A DNA stretch of 54,845 bases from an uncultured Candidatus Competibacteraceae bacterium (lineage in GTDB: Bacteria > Bacteroidota > Bacteroidia > CAIKAF01): NCBI GenBank assembly GCA_964473995.1, contig CAYYRB010000007.1, forward strand, positions 5,605-60,449. The letters run 5' to 3'. The translations under genes and the position numbers were made by a program. The notes below the pieces were generated by a model, which saw nothing but the letters and a program-made list of their open reading frames with translations, was not told where the DNA came from and did no database searches. Positions 9,334-18,600 of the stretch are shown here, in pieces (position 1 is the stretch's first letter; each line of letters opens with the position of its first letter).

Positions 9334-11460
9334 ATGAAAAAGTGGATTTTATCAGGTACGTTATTTTTTACCGTCCTCTTCCGCCTTTGGGCCGTGGAAG
9401 GCATGTGGCTGCCCTTCCTTTTAAAAAACCTGAACGAAAGTGAAATGAAAACCCTCGGGATGCGCATCAGCGCCGAGGATATTTACCATGCAAACCAGCC
9501 CTCGCTGAAAGACGCCATTTTCCTGTTTGGCGGCGGATGTACCTCAGAAATCATCTCATCACAGGGGCTGCTTCTCACCAACCATCACTGCGGTTATGGA
9601 CAAATTCAGTTTCACAGTTCCGTCAAAAACGACTACCTGAAAGACGGGTTTGTGGCCCGCTCCTTCACTGAAGAATTGCCCAATGAAGGACTTACCGCTA
9701 CCCGCATCGTTTTTATGGAAGACGTGACAGATCGCGTTTTGGCAGGCATTAACTGGAACACCCCCGACAGAACTGCCAAAATTAAAAACGCCACGGAACG
9801 ATTGCTGAAAGAATTTAAAAGAAACGAAGGCATCGAGCTGCAGATTAAGCCTTTCGCCTATGGAAACCAATACATCCTGATCGGCACGGAAACCTTTAAA
9901 GACGTTCGGCTGGTTTTTGCGCCTCCCTCGGGTGTAGGCAAATTCGGAGGTGACACCGATAACTGGGTTTGGCCTCGCCATACGGGCGATTTTGCCGTGT
10001 TTCGCATTTATGCGGATAAAAACAACCGTCCCGCCGCATACTCAAAAGAGAATATTCCTTATACTCCGAAAAAACACCTTACCGTTTCCACCAAAGGAGT
10101 CCAACAGGGCGACTTTACCATGGTATACGGATTTCCGGGGCGCACAACCCAATACCTGCCTGCAGTAGCGGTAGATTATGTGATGAACGTACAAAATCCG
10201 CTGCGCGTGAAAATGCGTGAAACCTCGCTGGCCATCATCGGCAACACCATGCGCCAAAATGCCGATCTGCGCATCCGCTATTCTGCCAAGCAGGCCCGCA
10301 TCGCTAATGCTTACAAAAAATGGATCGGCGAGGGAAAAGGATTGCGCAGGCTGAATGCCTTGGAAGTAAAAAAACGCATGGATGCCGCCTTCACGAAAAA
10401 AGCCAAAGGAACCGAATTTGAGGCGGTGTTAAACCGGCTGGAAGCCCTGTACGGCGAAAATGCGGAGTACAACAAAGCGTACGATACCTACGTGGAATTT
10501 TTGGTATTCGGTCCCGAAATTTTCCGCTATGCCCGCAACTTTGAAAAGTTGACCGATACATACGCCCAAGGTAAATCGGATACCACCGAGTTGAAAAAAC
10601 TGAAAAAAAATCTGGCGGGTTTTTACAAAAACTGGGATCTTGAAACCGACCAAAAAATCTTTGCCGCGCTTATGCCCATACTACGCGCCAACCTGCCCGA
10701 AAAATTTCACCCCAAAGGTCCCACGGGCAAAGTGAAGGGTGACTATTATACCTATTGGCAAAATGAAGTGTACGGCGCATCCGTATTTTCTTCCCAATCC
10801 AATCTGGAGGCGATGCTCAACGGATGGAACAAGAAGACCGCACTGGCACTGCAAAAAGATCCCGTGTATTCCCTGATGAAAAACATGTACGGCATCCTGC
10901 TCAATGACATCAACCCCAGCTACGAAAAAAAGACGGAAGAAATTGAGCTGAACATGGGCCTGTTTATGGCCGGGTTGATGAAACTGCTCCCTTCCGCTCG
11001 CAAGTATTGGCCCGACGCGAACAGTACGTTACGCGTTACATACGGAAAGGTGGAAGGTTACGAACCTACCGACGGAACCACCTACCTTCCGTTCACCACC
11101 GCAGAAGGAATTCTGGAAAAATACGTACCGGGTGATGAAGAATTTGATTTAGATGAAAAACTGCTCCGTCTTTTGCGTACCAAAGATTACGGACGGTATG
11201 CACGCAACGACGGTCGTTTGCCCGTGGCCTTCACCGCCTCAAACCACACCACAGGCGGAAATTCGGGAAGTCCCGTGCTCAATGCAGACGGACATTTGAT
11301 CGGCATCAATTTTGACCGCTCATGGGAAAGTACCATGAGTGATATCATGTTTGATCCTTCGCGGTGCAGAAACATCACCTGCGATATCCGCTACGTGCTT
11401 TGGGTTGTTGACAAATGGGGCGGTGCAGACAGGCTGATTCAGGAAATGACGCTGAACTGA
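9334..11460 (+). CDS. Peptidase S46 family dipeptidyl-peptidase (DPP7/DPP11-like)
   Basis: Signal peptide followed by VEGMWLP. Catalytic contexts TNHHCG and GGNSGSPV are present. The ~700-aa length is typical of S46. Confidence 0.85.
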   Translation: MKKWILSGTLFFTVLFRLWAVEGMWLPFLLKNLNESEMKTLGMRISAEDIYHANQPSLKDAIFLFGGGCTSEIISSQGLLLTNHHCGYGQIQFHSSVKNDYLKDGFVARSFTEELPNEGLTATRIVFMEDVTDRVLAGINWNTPDRTAKIKNATERLLKEFKRNEGIELQIKPFAYGNQYILIGTETFKDVRLVFAPPSGVGKFGGDTDNWVWPRHTGDFAVFRIYADKNNRPAAYSKENIPYTPKKHLTVSTKGVQQGDFTMVYGFPGRTTQYLPAVAVDYVMNVQNPLRVKMRETSLAIIGNTMRQNADLRIRYSAKQARIANAYKKWIGEGKGLRRLNALEVKKRMDAAFTKKAKGTEFEAVLNRLEALYGENAEYNKAYDTYVEFLVFGPEIFRYARNFEKLTDTYAQGKSDTTELKKLKKNLAGFYKNWDLETDQKIFAALMPILRANLPEKFHPKGPTGKVKGDYYTYWQNEVYGASVFSSQSNLEAMLNGWNKKTALALQKDPVYSLMKNMYGILLNDINPSYEKKTEEIELNMGLFMAGLMKLLPSARKYWPDANSTLRVTYGKVEGYEPTDGTTYLPFTTAEGILEKYVPGDEEFDLDEKLLRLLRTKDYGRYARNDGRLPVAFTASNHTTGGNSGSPVLNADGHLIGINFDRSWESTMSDIMFDPSRCRNITCDIRYVLWVVDKWGGADRLIQEMTLN

Positions 11461-11463
11461 TCT

Positions 11464-11919
11464 TTATTTCAGGCCTCTTTTGGCTTGGAAGAAAGTCTGC
11501 ATCAACTCACGGCATTCCCCTTCCAAAAGGCCGTATTCGATTTTTGTTTTCGGGTGATAGAGCGATTTCCCGACCGCGGAAGCTCCGGCCTTCTCGTCGA
11601 CTGTGCCATACACCACGCGGGAAATCTGGCTCCATTTAAGTGCTCCCGCGCACATGACGCAGGGTTCCACCGTCACATAAACCGTACAATCCCTCAGGTA
11701 TTTTCCGCCTAAATAATTGGCGGCGGCGGTAATGGCCTGCATTTCCGCATGTGCCGTTACGTCGTTGAGGGTTTCGGTGAGGTTGTGGGCACGGGCAATG
11801 ATTCGGTTGTCGCAAACCACCACGGCACCGATGGGCACCTCATCTTTTTCAAAGGCATAACGGGCCTCTTTAAGTGCTTCGCGCATAAAATGGGTATCGC
11901 TGTAAACGGTAAATTCCAT
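11464..11919 (-). CDS. tadA: tRNA adenosine(34) deaminase
   Basis: 151 aa with the zinc motifs HAEMQAI and PCVMCAGAL. Confidence 0.9.
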   Translation of the reverse strand: MEFTVYSDTHFMREALKEARYAFEKDEVPIGAVVVCDNRIIARAHNLTETLNDVTAHAEMQAITAAANYLGGKYLRDCTVYVTVEPCVMCAGALKWSQISRVVYGTVDEKAGASAVGKSLYHPKTKIEYGLLEGECRELMQTFFQAKRGLK

Positions 11920-12012
11920 GACACAGATTGATCACAAATATACCCGGATACCTTATCATCCCATCATTGCGTCAGCAAATGAGCACTATACCCGGCCAAC
12001 AACGGGGTTGAA

Positions 12013-12420
12013 TCATTCCTGCTCTCTGAATGCCTCCGGTTCAGGCGGCTCGGCTACTTCCGTGTGATTTTCGCGCCCCATGGCACTCAATTCGGAAAGT
12101 GTTTTATAATCGTTATGAGTAGTTTGGAGCCATACATTTCCCGATTTACGGAGCACCTGTATAAACAAGCCCAACTCAGCCTGAAAAGCCGATTCTAAAT
12201 CTTTCACCAAAGTGAGACCGTTCACGGTTATGGTTCCCTGTTTACCGGGATCTCCCGCTTCGCCAGCTGTAAAATCTCCGGGAATGCGCTCCGATACGGG
12301 GCTTGCTTTTCCCTCTTCATGAGGCAGGGCAAAAAAAGCGATATCCAAACTGGGAAAACGCTTCTGAAACTCAGCGCGTATGTCATTCAACCGAGAAACG
12401 GGGGTAACGTGCAAATCCAT
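12013..12420 (-). CDS. Hypothetical protein (135 aa, acidic C-terminus)
   Basis: Clean ATG ORF 58 nt downstream of the GT2 gene on the same strand. I recognise no motif. Confidence 0.55.
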   Translation of the reverse strand: MDLHVTPVSRLNDIRAEFQKRFPSLDIAFFALPHEEGKASPVSERIPGDFTAGEAGDPGKQGTITVNGLTLVKDLESAFQAELGLFIQVLRKSGNVWLQTTHNDYKTLSELSAMGRENHTEVAEPPEPEAFREQE

Positions 12421-12478
12421 AATTCAATTCGTTTGGCACGAAGGTAAAGCGGCCAAACAGCGTGCTACATGACAAAAA

Positions 12479-13243
12479 TCATGTGATGGTTTTTTTATTT
12501 TTTTTTGCGTAAAGGGCTGATTGTAAAATACCCATTTTACAGAAGCGGTGTATGAAGGATACTTTCAAAACACCCAAACCGTAAATGGCGCTGTTTTTCA
12601 AATTGATGGAACTGGCTTCTTTAAAGTATTTGGTAGGACAGGTCACCTCCCCTATTTCGTAGCCCTGATAAATGATTTGGGACAGCATCTGGTTGTCGAA
12701 AATAAAATTGTCCGAATTTACCTCAAAATAAACCGACTCCAATACCTCGCGCGAAAAAGCCCTGTAGCCGGTGTGATATTCCGACAGTTTTTGATTAACC
12801 AGCACATTCTGAATGAAGGTGAGTATGCGGTTGGCCACATATTTGATGAGAGGCATACCTCCCCGCAATGCGCCGTTTCCAAGAATACGCGAACCCAATA
12901 CCACGGGATACAAATTTTGCCCGATGATGTGTGCCATGGCGGGAATTAGCTTCGGGGTATATTGGTAATCGGGATGCACCATGATCACGATATCCGCGCC
13001 CAACTCCAACGCTTTTTTGTAGCAGGATTTTTGATTTCCGCCGTAACCCAGGTTTTTTTCATGGCGGATTAAATGCCGGATGCCTAATTTTCTGCCAATT
13101 TCAAGCGTATCGTCATTCCCGGCGTCATCTACCAAGACCACCTCGTCCACCAAGTCCAGAGGAATCTCCCGATAAGTTTGTTCCAAAGTAAGTGCGGCGT
13201 TGTATGCCGGCAAAACCACCACAATTTTTTTTCCGTAAAGCAT
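12479..13243 (-). CDS. Family 2 glycosyltransferase
   Basis: GT-A N-terminus from ATG 13243: MLYGKKIVVVLPAYNAALTLEQT...VLVDDAGNDDT. The track's TTG start at 13312 would translate through a GC-rich terminator hairpin, so I reject it. Confidence 0.85.
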   Translation of the reverse strand: MLYGKKIVVVLPAYNAALTLEQTYREIPLDLVDEVVLVDDAGNDDTLEIGRKLGIRHLIRHEKNLGYGGNQKSCYKKALELGADIVIMVHPDYQYTPKLIPAMAHIIGQNLYPVVLGSRILGNGALRGGMPLIKYVANRILTFIQNVLVNQKLSEYHTGYRAFSREVLESVYFEVNSDNFIFDNQMLSQIIYQGYEIGEVTCPTKYFKEASSINLKNSAIYGLGVLKVSFIHRFCKMGILQSALYAKKNKKTIT

Positions 13244-13266
13244 GCCCAAAGGTAATTGCTTAAAAC

Positions 13267-13302
13267 AAAAAAAAGGTACCGGGACACACCCAACCCGGTA
13301 CC
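13267..13302 (-). terminator. Intrinsic-terminator-like hairpin (minus strand) 23 nt upstream of the GT2 start codon
   Basis: Perfect 9-bp stem ggtaccggg (13275-13283) / cccggtacc (13294-13302) with a 10-nt loop. On the minus strand it is followed by a run of 8 U (13274-13267); the plus strand has only tttt after it. Confidence 0.6.
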
Positions 13303-13465
13303 TTTTGCTCAAGAGTGAGGCAGTTTAACCACCACTCTCTATCAACGAAAACCCCTCAGTTTCGTTGAAATTTTAATTATCCATCATTACTTAAACCCTT
13401 CCTCAGCTCCTTTATTTTCCAATTTTATTTATCAACCAATATTCGATTTAAATAAAAAGTCTGCA

Positions 13466-13523
13466 CTACGTTAATCTTAATATGCTTAAGAAGTTTGTTT
13501 TATAGTAGATAAGATTAGCGTAG
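13466..13523. promoter_or_regulatory. 14-bp imperfect inverted repeat (candidate operator or RNA stem)
   Basis: ctacgttaatctta (13466-13479) and taagattagcgtag (13510-13523) are reverse complements except at one position. The spacer is 30 nt and contains cttaa..ttaag. Confidence 0.4.
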
Positions 13524-13529
13524 CTCTTT

Positions 13530-13695
13530 ATTTAAAATTTTTATATTGAAAATCAACCTATTAATTATTAATTAAATAAATTTTATTGTTTTTATAATCA
13601 ATTTTAATATTTTATTGTTTTACTTCGAATCAAAAGTAAATCAAAATTTCATTATTGAAAATTTATATTTATTATATTATACATACAATTAAATT
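13530..13695. other. Extremely AT-rich tract upstream of the LysR gene
   Basis: My hand count gives 3 G+C in 13561-13620 and 8 G+C in 13621-13680. There is a 12-nt perfect direct repeat ttttattgtttt at 13581-13592 and 13610-13621. Confidence 0.7.
13631..13638 (-). promoter_or_regulatory. Candidate -7 box (TACTTTTG) pointing toward the GT2 gene
   Basis: This is the only exact TAnnTTTG match I found on the minus strand of the spacer. It would give a leader or sRNA of roughly 350 nt ending at the 13267 terminator, or reading into the GT2 gene. Confidence 0.25.
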
Positions 13696-14628
13696 ATGAA
13701 TTTTACACTGAATCAACTGAGGATTTTTCGTGAAGTGGTGAATCTTGGCGGAGTTACGCGGGCTGCGGAAAAATTAAACATGACACAACCTGCGGTATCC
13801 ATTCAATTAAAAAACCTTCAGGAACAATTTGATATCCCTTTGACTCAGGTAATCGGAAGAAAAATCCAAATCACCGAATTCGGATATCGTGTGGCTTTTC
13901 TAGCTGAAAACATATTGAATGACGTTTCAGCCCTTGAATTACAGACTTTGGCATTCAAAGGACTGCTTTCGGGCACCTTAAAAATAGCCTCCGTATCAAC
14001 AGGAAAGTACATTATGTCCCGTTTTCTGCAGCCTTTTTTCGCAGAAAACAAACATCTGGATTTGCATTTCGACGTTTCCCAGCGCGAAAATGTATTGAAC
14101 CAACTCGAAAAAGGGGAAGTTGATTTTGTTTTGGTGAGTGTGACACCATCTCATCTGGAGGTAGAAGAAGAAATTATTTTACCCAATTGGCTTCATCTGG
14201 TGGGTTCCTGCAAACATGTGGGTGGTTTAGACAAGGTCGGATTAAAAAACTATTTGGCAAAAACTCCGCTCATCATGCGCGAAAAAGGCTCAGGAACAAG
14301 ATTTTCAGTTGATAAGTTTTTAGAAAATACAGGCAATATGTCCAAAGTAAAATTGGAACTAATTTCCACAGAAGCGGCCAAGCAGGCAGTAATTTCCGGA
14401 TTAGGTGTTGCTGCGCTTTCTATTTACAGCATGCGGCTTGAATTAATCCAAAAGGAGCTATGTATCATTCCGATGAAAGGCTTCCCGATCCGAAATGATT
14501 GGAGGATTATTTGGCTGAAGAATAAAAAACTATCTCCGGTAGCCTCGGCATTTGTCGAATTCATCCGCAAAGAAAAAACGGCCATCGGCAAGGAGCATTT
14601 CGGCTGGGCAGAAAAGTATCAGAAATAA
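13696..14628 (+). CDS. LysR-family transcriptional regulator
   Basis: N-terminal HTH LRIFREVVNLGGVTRAAEKLNMTQPAVSIQLKNLQ plus a ~200-aa substrate-binding domain. It is divergent from the GT2 gene. Confidence 0.9.
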   Translation: MNFTLNQLRIFREVVNLGGVTRAAEKLNMTQPAVSIQLKNLQEQFDIPLTQVIGRKIQITEFGYRVAFLAENILNDVSALELQTLAFKGLLSGTLKIASVSTGKYIMSRFLQPFFAENKHLDLHFDVSQRENVLNQLEKGEVDFVLVSVTPSHLEVEEEIILPNWLHLVGSCKHVGGLDKVGLKNYLAKTPLIMREKGSGTRFSVDKFLENTGNMSKVKLELISTEAAKQAVISGLGVAALSIYSMRLELIQKELCIIPMKGFPIRNDWRIIWLKNKKLSPVASAFVEFIRKEKTAIGKEHFGWAEKYQK

Positions 14629-14637
14629 TACATTTGG

Positions 14638-15675
14638 TTAATACGGGAGTCGCGGATCTGCCGTCACATCAAGAGTAGAAAACAATCCTGCCTTGTATTT
14701 GAAACAGGCAGCCGCTGCAATCATTCCTGCGTTGTCGGTACAAAATTCAAACGGAGGAATATGGGCATGAATACCTCTTCTAGCGGCCAATAAAGAGAAT
14801 TTTTTTCTCAGGGATGAATTGGCCGAAACTCCGCCAGCCAAAGCAATATGGATCACCGGCATTGCATACAGCGCCCTTTCCATGTTAGCGATCAGCATAT
14901 CGGTAATGGTTTCCTGAATGGAGGCGCAGAGATCAGGTAAGTTTTCCCCTATGAAATGAGGATTCTCCTTTTCTTTTTCTCTAAGAAAATACAGCACGGA
15001 TGTTTTCAATCCGCTGAATGAAAAATCCAAACCGGGCACCCGCGGATGCGGAAAAATAAACCGGGAAGCATTTCCATCTGCCGCCAATTTATCCATAACG
15101 GGTCCGCCGGGATAAGGCAGACCGAGTAATTTGGCGGTTTTGTCGAAGGCTTCTCCTGCCGCATCATCCAGCGTTTGACCCAAAATACGCATACTGAGCG
15201 GCGCTTCCACCAGCACGATCTGCGTATGCCCACCGGAAACCGTCAGGCAGAGAAAAGGAAAGGCGGGAGGTTGACGTGTGTCGCCCGGTTTTTGGGCAAA
15301 ATGAGCCAAGACGTGAGCCTGCATGTGATGTACCTCTATAAGCGGAATGCCCAAAGCCAGGGCAAGACCCTTGGCAAAAGAAACACCGACCATAAGGGAA
15401 CCCGGCAAGCCGGGGCCGCGGGTAAAAGCCACGGCAGAGAGCTCCGATTTTGTTATATTTGCCTGTTTTAATGCTGCTTCCACCACCGGAATGATGTTTG
15501 ACTCATGAGCGCGGGAAGCCAACTCCGGAACCACGCCGCCATAAAGACGGTGAATTTCCTGATCGGCCACCACATTGGAAAGAATAATCCCGTTCTTGAT
15601 CACTGCCGCCGAAGTATCATCGCAGGATGATTCTAACGCTAAAATTACCGTTTGGCTTGTATTTTGCAGACTCAA
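14638..15675 (-). CDS. tsaD: tRNA N6-adenosine threonylcarbamoyltransferase
   Basis: Motifs ILALESSCDDTSAAV, HHMQAHV and GGVSAN. The only ATG/GTG/TTG start before the conserved N-terminus is TTG at 15675. Confidence 0.9.
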   Translation of the reverse strand: MSLQNTSQTVILALESSCDDTSAAVIKNGIILSNVVADQEIHRLYGGVVPELASRAHESNIIPVVEAALKQANITKSELSAVAFTRGPGLPGSLMVGVSFAKGLALALGIPLIEVHHMQAHVLAHFAQKPGDTRQPPAFPFLCLTVSGGHTQIVLVEAPLSMRILGQTLDDAAGEAFDKTAKLLGLPYPGGPVMDKLAADGNASRFIFPHPRVPGLDFSFSGLKTSVLYFLREKEKENPHFIGENLPDLCASIQETITDMLIANMERALYAMPVIHIALAGGVSANSSLRKKFSLLAARRGIHAHIPPFEFCTDNAGMIAAAACFKYKAGLFSTLDVTADPRLPY

Positions 15676-18600
15676 AACAACAGGATATTGGAAAACCCGG
15701 ACAAAAATAACGCAAAAACAAAGCGCAGCCTTTTCGGCAGAATTCTACGCTTTTTCGGATTTCTGGTTCTCGGCTTTCTTGCCCTGCTGATTACATTGAC
15801 TATTTTTCTTGCCTTTCCTCCCGTGCAGACCTGGATCGCACAACGCGCGGCTGCTTATTTTTCGGATAAATTAGGCATTACGGTTACCATTGATAGGGTG
15901 AGCATCAACCTCATCAGTGGAAATGTGGCCCTGCGCGAACTCCGGGTGTTGGATCACCATAGCGACACCCTGCTCCTGGCCGGAAAACTGGAAACACGCC
16001 CAGATCTGATCAATCTTTCCCAACCCGAAATAGTCTTAGGCGAAACACGCCTGTCAGACGCTCTTTTCCGTCTACATAAATACCCCGGGGAGGACGGTAT
16101 GAATCTTGATTACATCATCCGGCAATTCCGCTCAGACCAGTCAAAAGACACCACGGGAAAACCGGTCGGTTTCAAAATAAAAAAGATTTTGTTGGAAAAT
16201 GTAGCCTTCAACCTGTTGGATGAAACGGCAGATACTTTACCCGCTGCATTTCAGCCGGGCAATATCAGGGCTCTGGTTTCCCGCGGGGAAATGCAGGATT
16301 TTCGCATCGCCAAAGATTCCATTATTTTCAAGGTAAGGGAATTAAAAGCCCTGGAACAATCAGGTTCAGGTTTACAACACTTTGAAACCGATTTTGTCAT
16401 TTGCTCCACCGCCATGCTGTTTAATAACAGTTTGCTGGAAACGGTACAGGGCAGTTTTGTAAAAGGCGATATCGGATTTCACTATGAAAATTGGACCTCG
16501 TTTTCCGAATTCGTGGACTCCGTGCGTTTTGATACCCGCATTGATAAATCTTCCGTAAAGGTAAAAGACATTGCATTTTACACGGATGCCTTAAAAAACA
16601 TCCCCTTAACCATACGTTTCCAAGGGCAGGTAAAGGGACCTGTTTCCGATATGAAGGGCAGGAACCTGGAATTAAGTTTCGGAGAAGAATCTTTCATGGC
16701 CATGAATGCCGATGTGTTCGGCTTACCCGAAATTGACGAAACCCTTTTTGACATTAAAATAAAAGGACTGGATATTTCGCCCAAAGATCTTTCCCGGTTA
16801 AAAATTAACCCGGACGGCACCGGACTAAACATACCCGAAGAAATCATCAGGCTTGGCAAAGTACGTTATGTGGGAAGAATAACCGGGAGTCTTGGAAATT
16901 TTGTAACCGAGGGAATATTTCATTCGGCGGCGGGAAGCATCGCCACTGACCTGCAACTCACTACAGAACGGGGATTTAAAAATCCGTCCTACAGGGGGAA
17001 AATTAAAACGGTACTTTTTGATCCGGGAATACTGATTGGCGATACAAAAACCCTTGGCCCCATCTCGGGGGAAGCCGAGATGGAAGGAAAAGGATTCGAT
17101 CCGGAAAACATGGAACTTACCCTACGCGGTGATTTCTCCAAAATTACGCTGCTGGGTTATCCATATTCGGGCATTACAATAAAACGGGGATACCTTAAAA
17201 ACAAAGCATTTTCGGGCAATCTTCAAATAAACGATCCCAACCTGAAACTGAGATTTGAAGGCACTACCGATTTTTCAGGCAGGATTCCCCATTTCCATTT
17301 TAAGGCTGCCATGAAAAGTGCAGACCTCCATGCGTTAGGATTATACCCGGATACCCTAACCATAAACAACCTGGTTTCAGACATTGATTTTACGGGTAAA
17401 AGCATCGATAACATTATGGGAAGTCTGGTGTTGGACAGTTTGGTATTCAGCACCGCACGAAAAACCCATGATATCGGAAAAATCACACTGACAGCAGATT
17501 CCTTTAACACAGAAAGACGATTGGTACTTTCGGGCGCTCCCGCGAATGCAGAATTGTCAGGCGATTTTCAATTGATTCCACTCGTGCACAATCTAAAATT
17601 CAACCTGAACGAATATTTCCCTTCATTCCGCATTCCATATGATAAAAAGCTCGCCTCTCAATCCCAAAGGCTTGATTTTGACATCAAGGTAAACAACCTT
17701 AATCCGATTTTCGATGTATTCAGCCCCCAATTATTTGTGAGCGGCGGTACTCGACTTTCGGGGAAGTATTTTTCAGAACTGCGCACCAGCGAAGTGATTT
17801 TGGAATCCGAAAGTATTGGATTCGGAAAACTGAAAGCAGCCGATTTGGAACTTTTTCTGAGTACTTCGGAAAAAGAGGTTGACATGACTCTGAACATCTC
17901 CCGTTTTTTTGTGGACGACAGTGTGTGGTTTGACTATGTGGATGCAAATGCGGCCGCCTTTAAGGACAGCCTGCAGGCAGCGATTTCCTGGAAAGATGAC
18001 GTTTTCAAACTGAGCCGTGGCAACATACAATTTGTCACATGGCTTGGCGTTCCGGGTTGTTATGACCTTTATTTTGATCATACTTCGGTGTTTTTAAAAA
18101 ACACGGAATGGAAACTGAAAAAAGGAGCATTCCTGGGATATTCACGCAATGCCTTGGAAGCATACGATTTTTCATTTTCATCTTCAGAGGGAGGCTACCT
18201 TACCATAAACGGTCTCACAGATGAAAAAAGGGAAAATAGTCTGGATTTAGTGATTAAAGACTTCCCGCTGGAGTTTTTCCGAAGCTTGGGAAAAAACATG
18301 CCCCAAATGAGCGGATCCCTATCCGGTAAAGCCGGCATATACGCTTTATTTGACCAGCCGTTTATTTCGGCCGACCTGAAGATTGACCGGTTTACCCTTT
18401 TTGATCAGCTGTTCGGAGACTTTTCATTCATCAGCCAATTTATTCCGGCAGAACAGGCCCTCAAAGTAGATGGACGATTAAATACGCCGGCCGGAATTTC
18501 ATTGGAATTTACCGATGGTCGAATTTACCCTTTTTCCAAGACGCAGAATTTGGATCTTACCTTAGGTTTTTCCAGATTCAACATAAAACCGGCCGAAACA

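Noticed and set aside
13377-13385. Possible oriC: the AT-rich spacer contains a DnaA-box-like ttatccatc, and ttatcaacc lies nearby
   Set aside because: Each candidate box has two mismatches to TTATCCACA. I found no cluster of good boxes, and no dnaA or other replication genes are adjacent. The AT-richness is better explained as a promoter or regulatory region.
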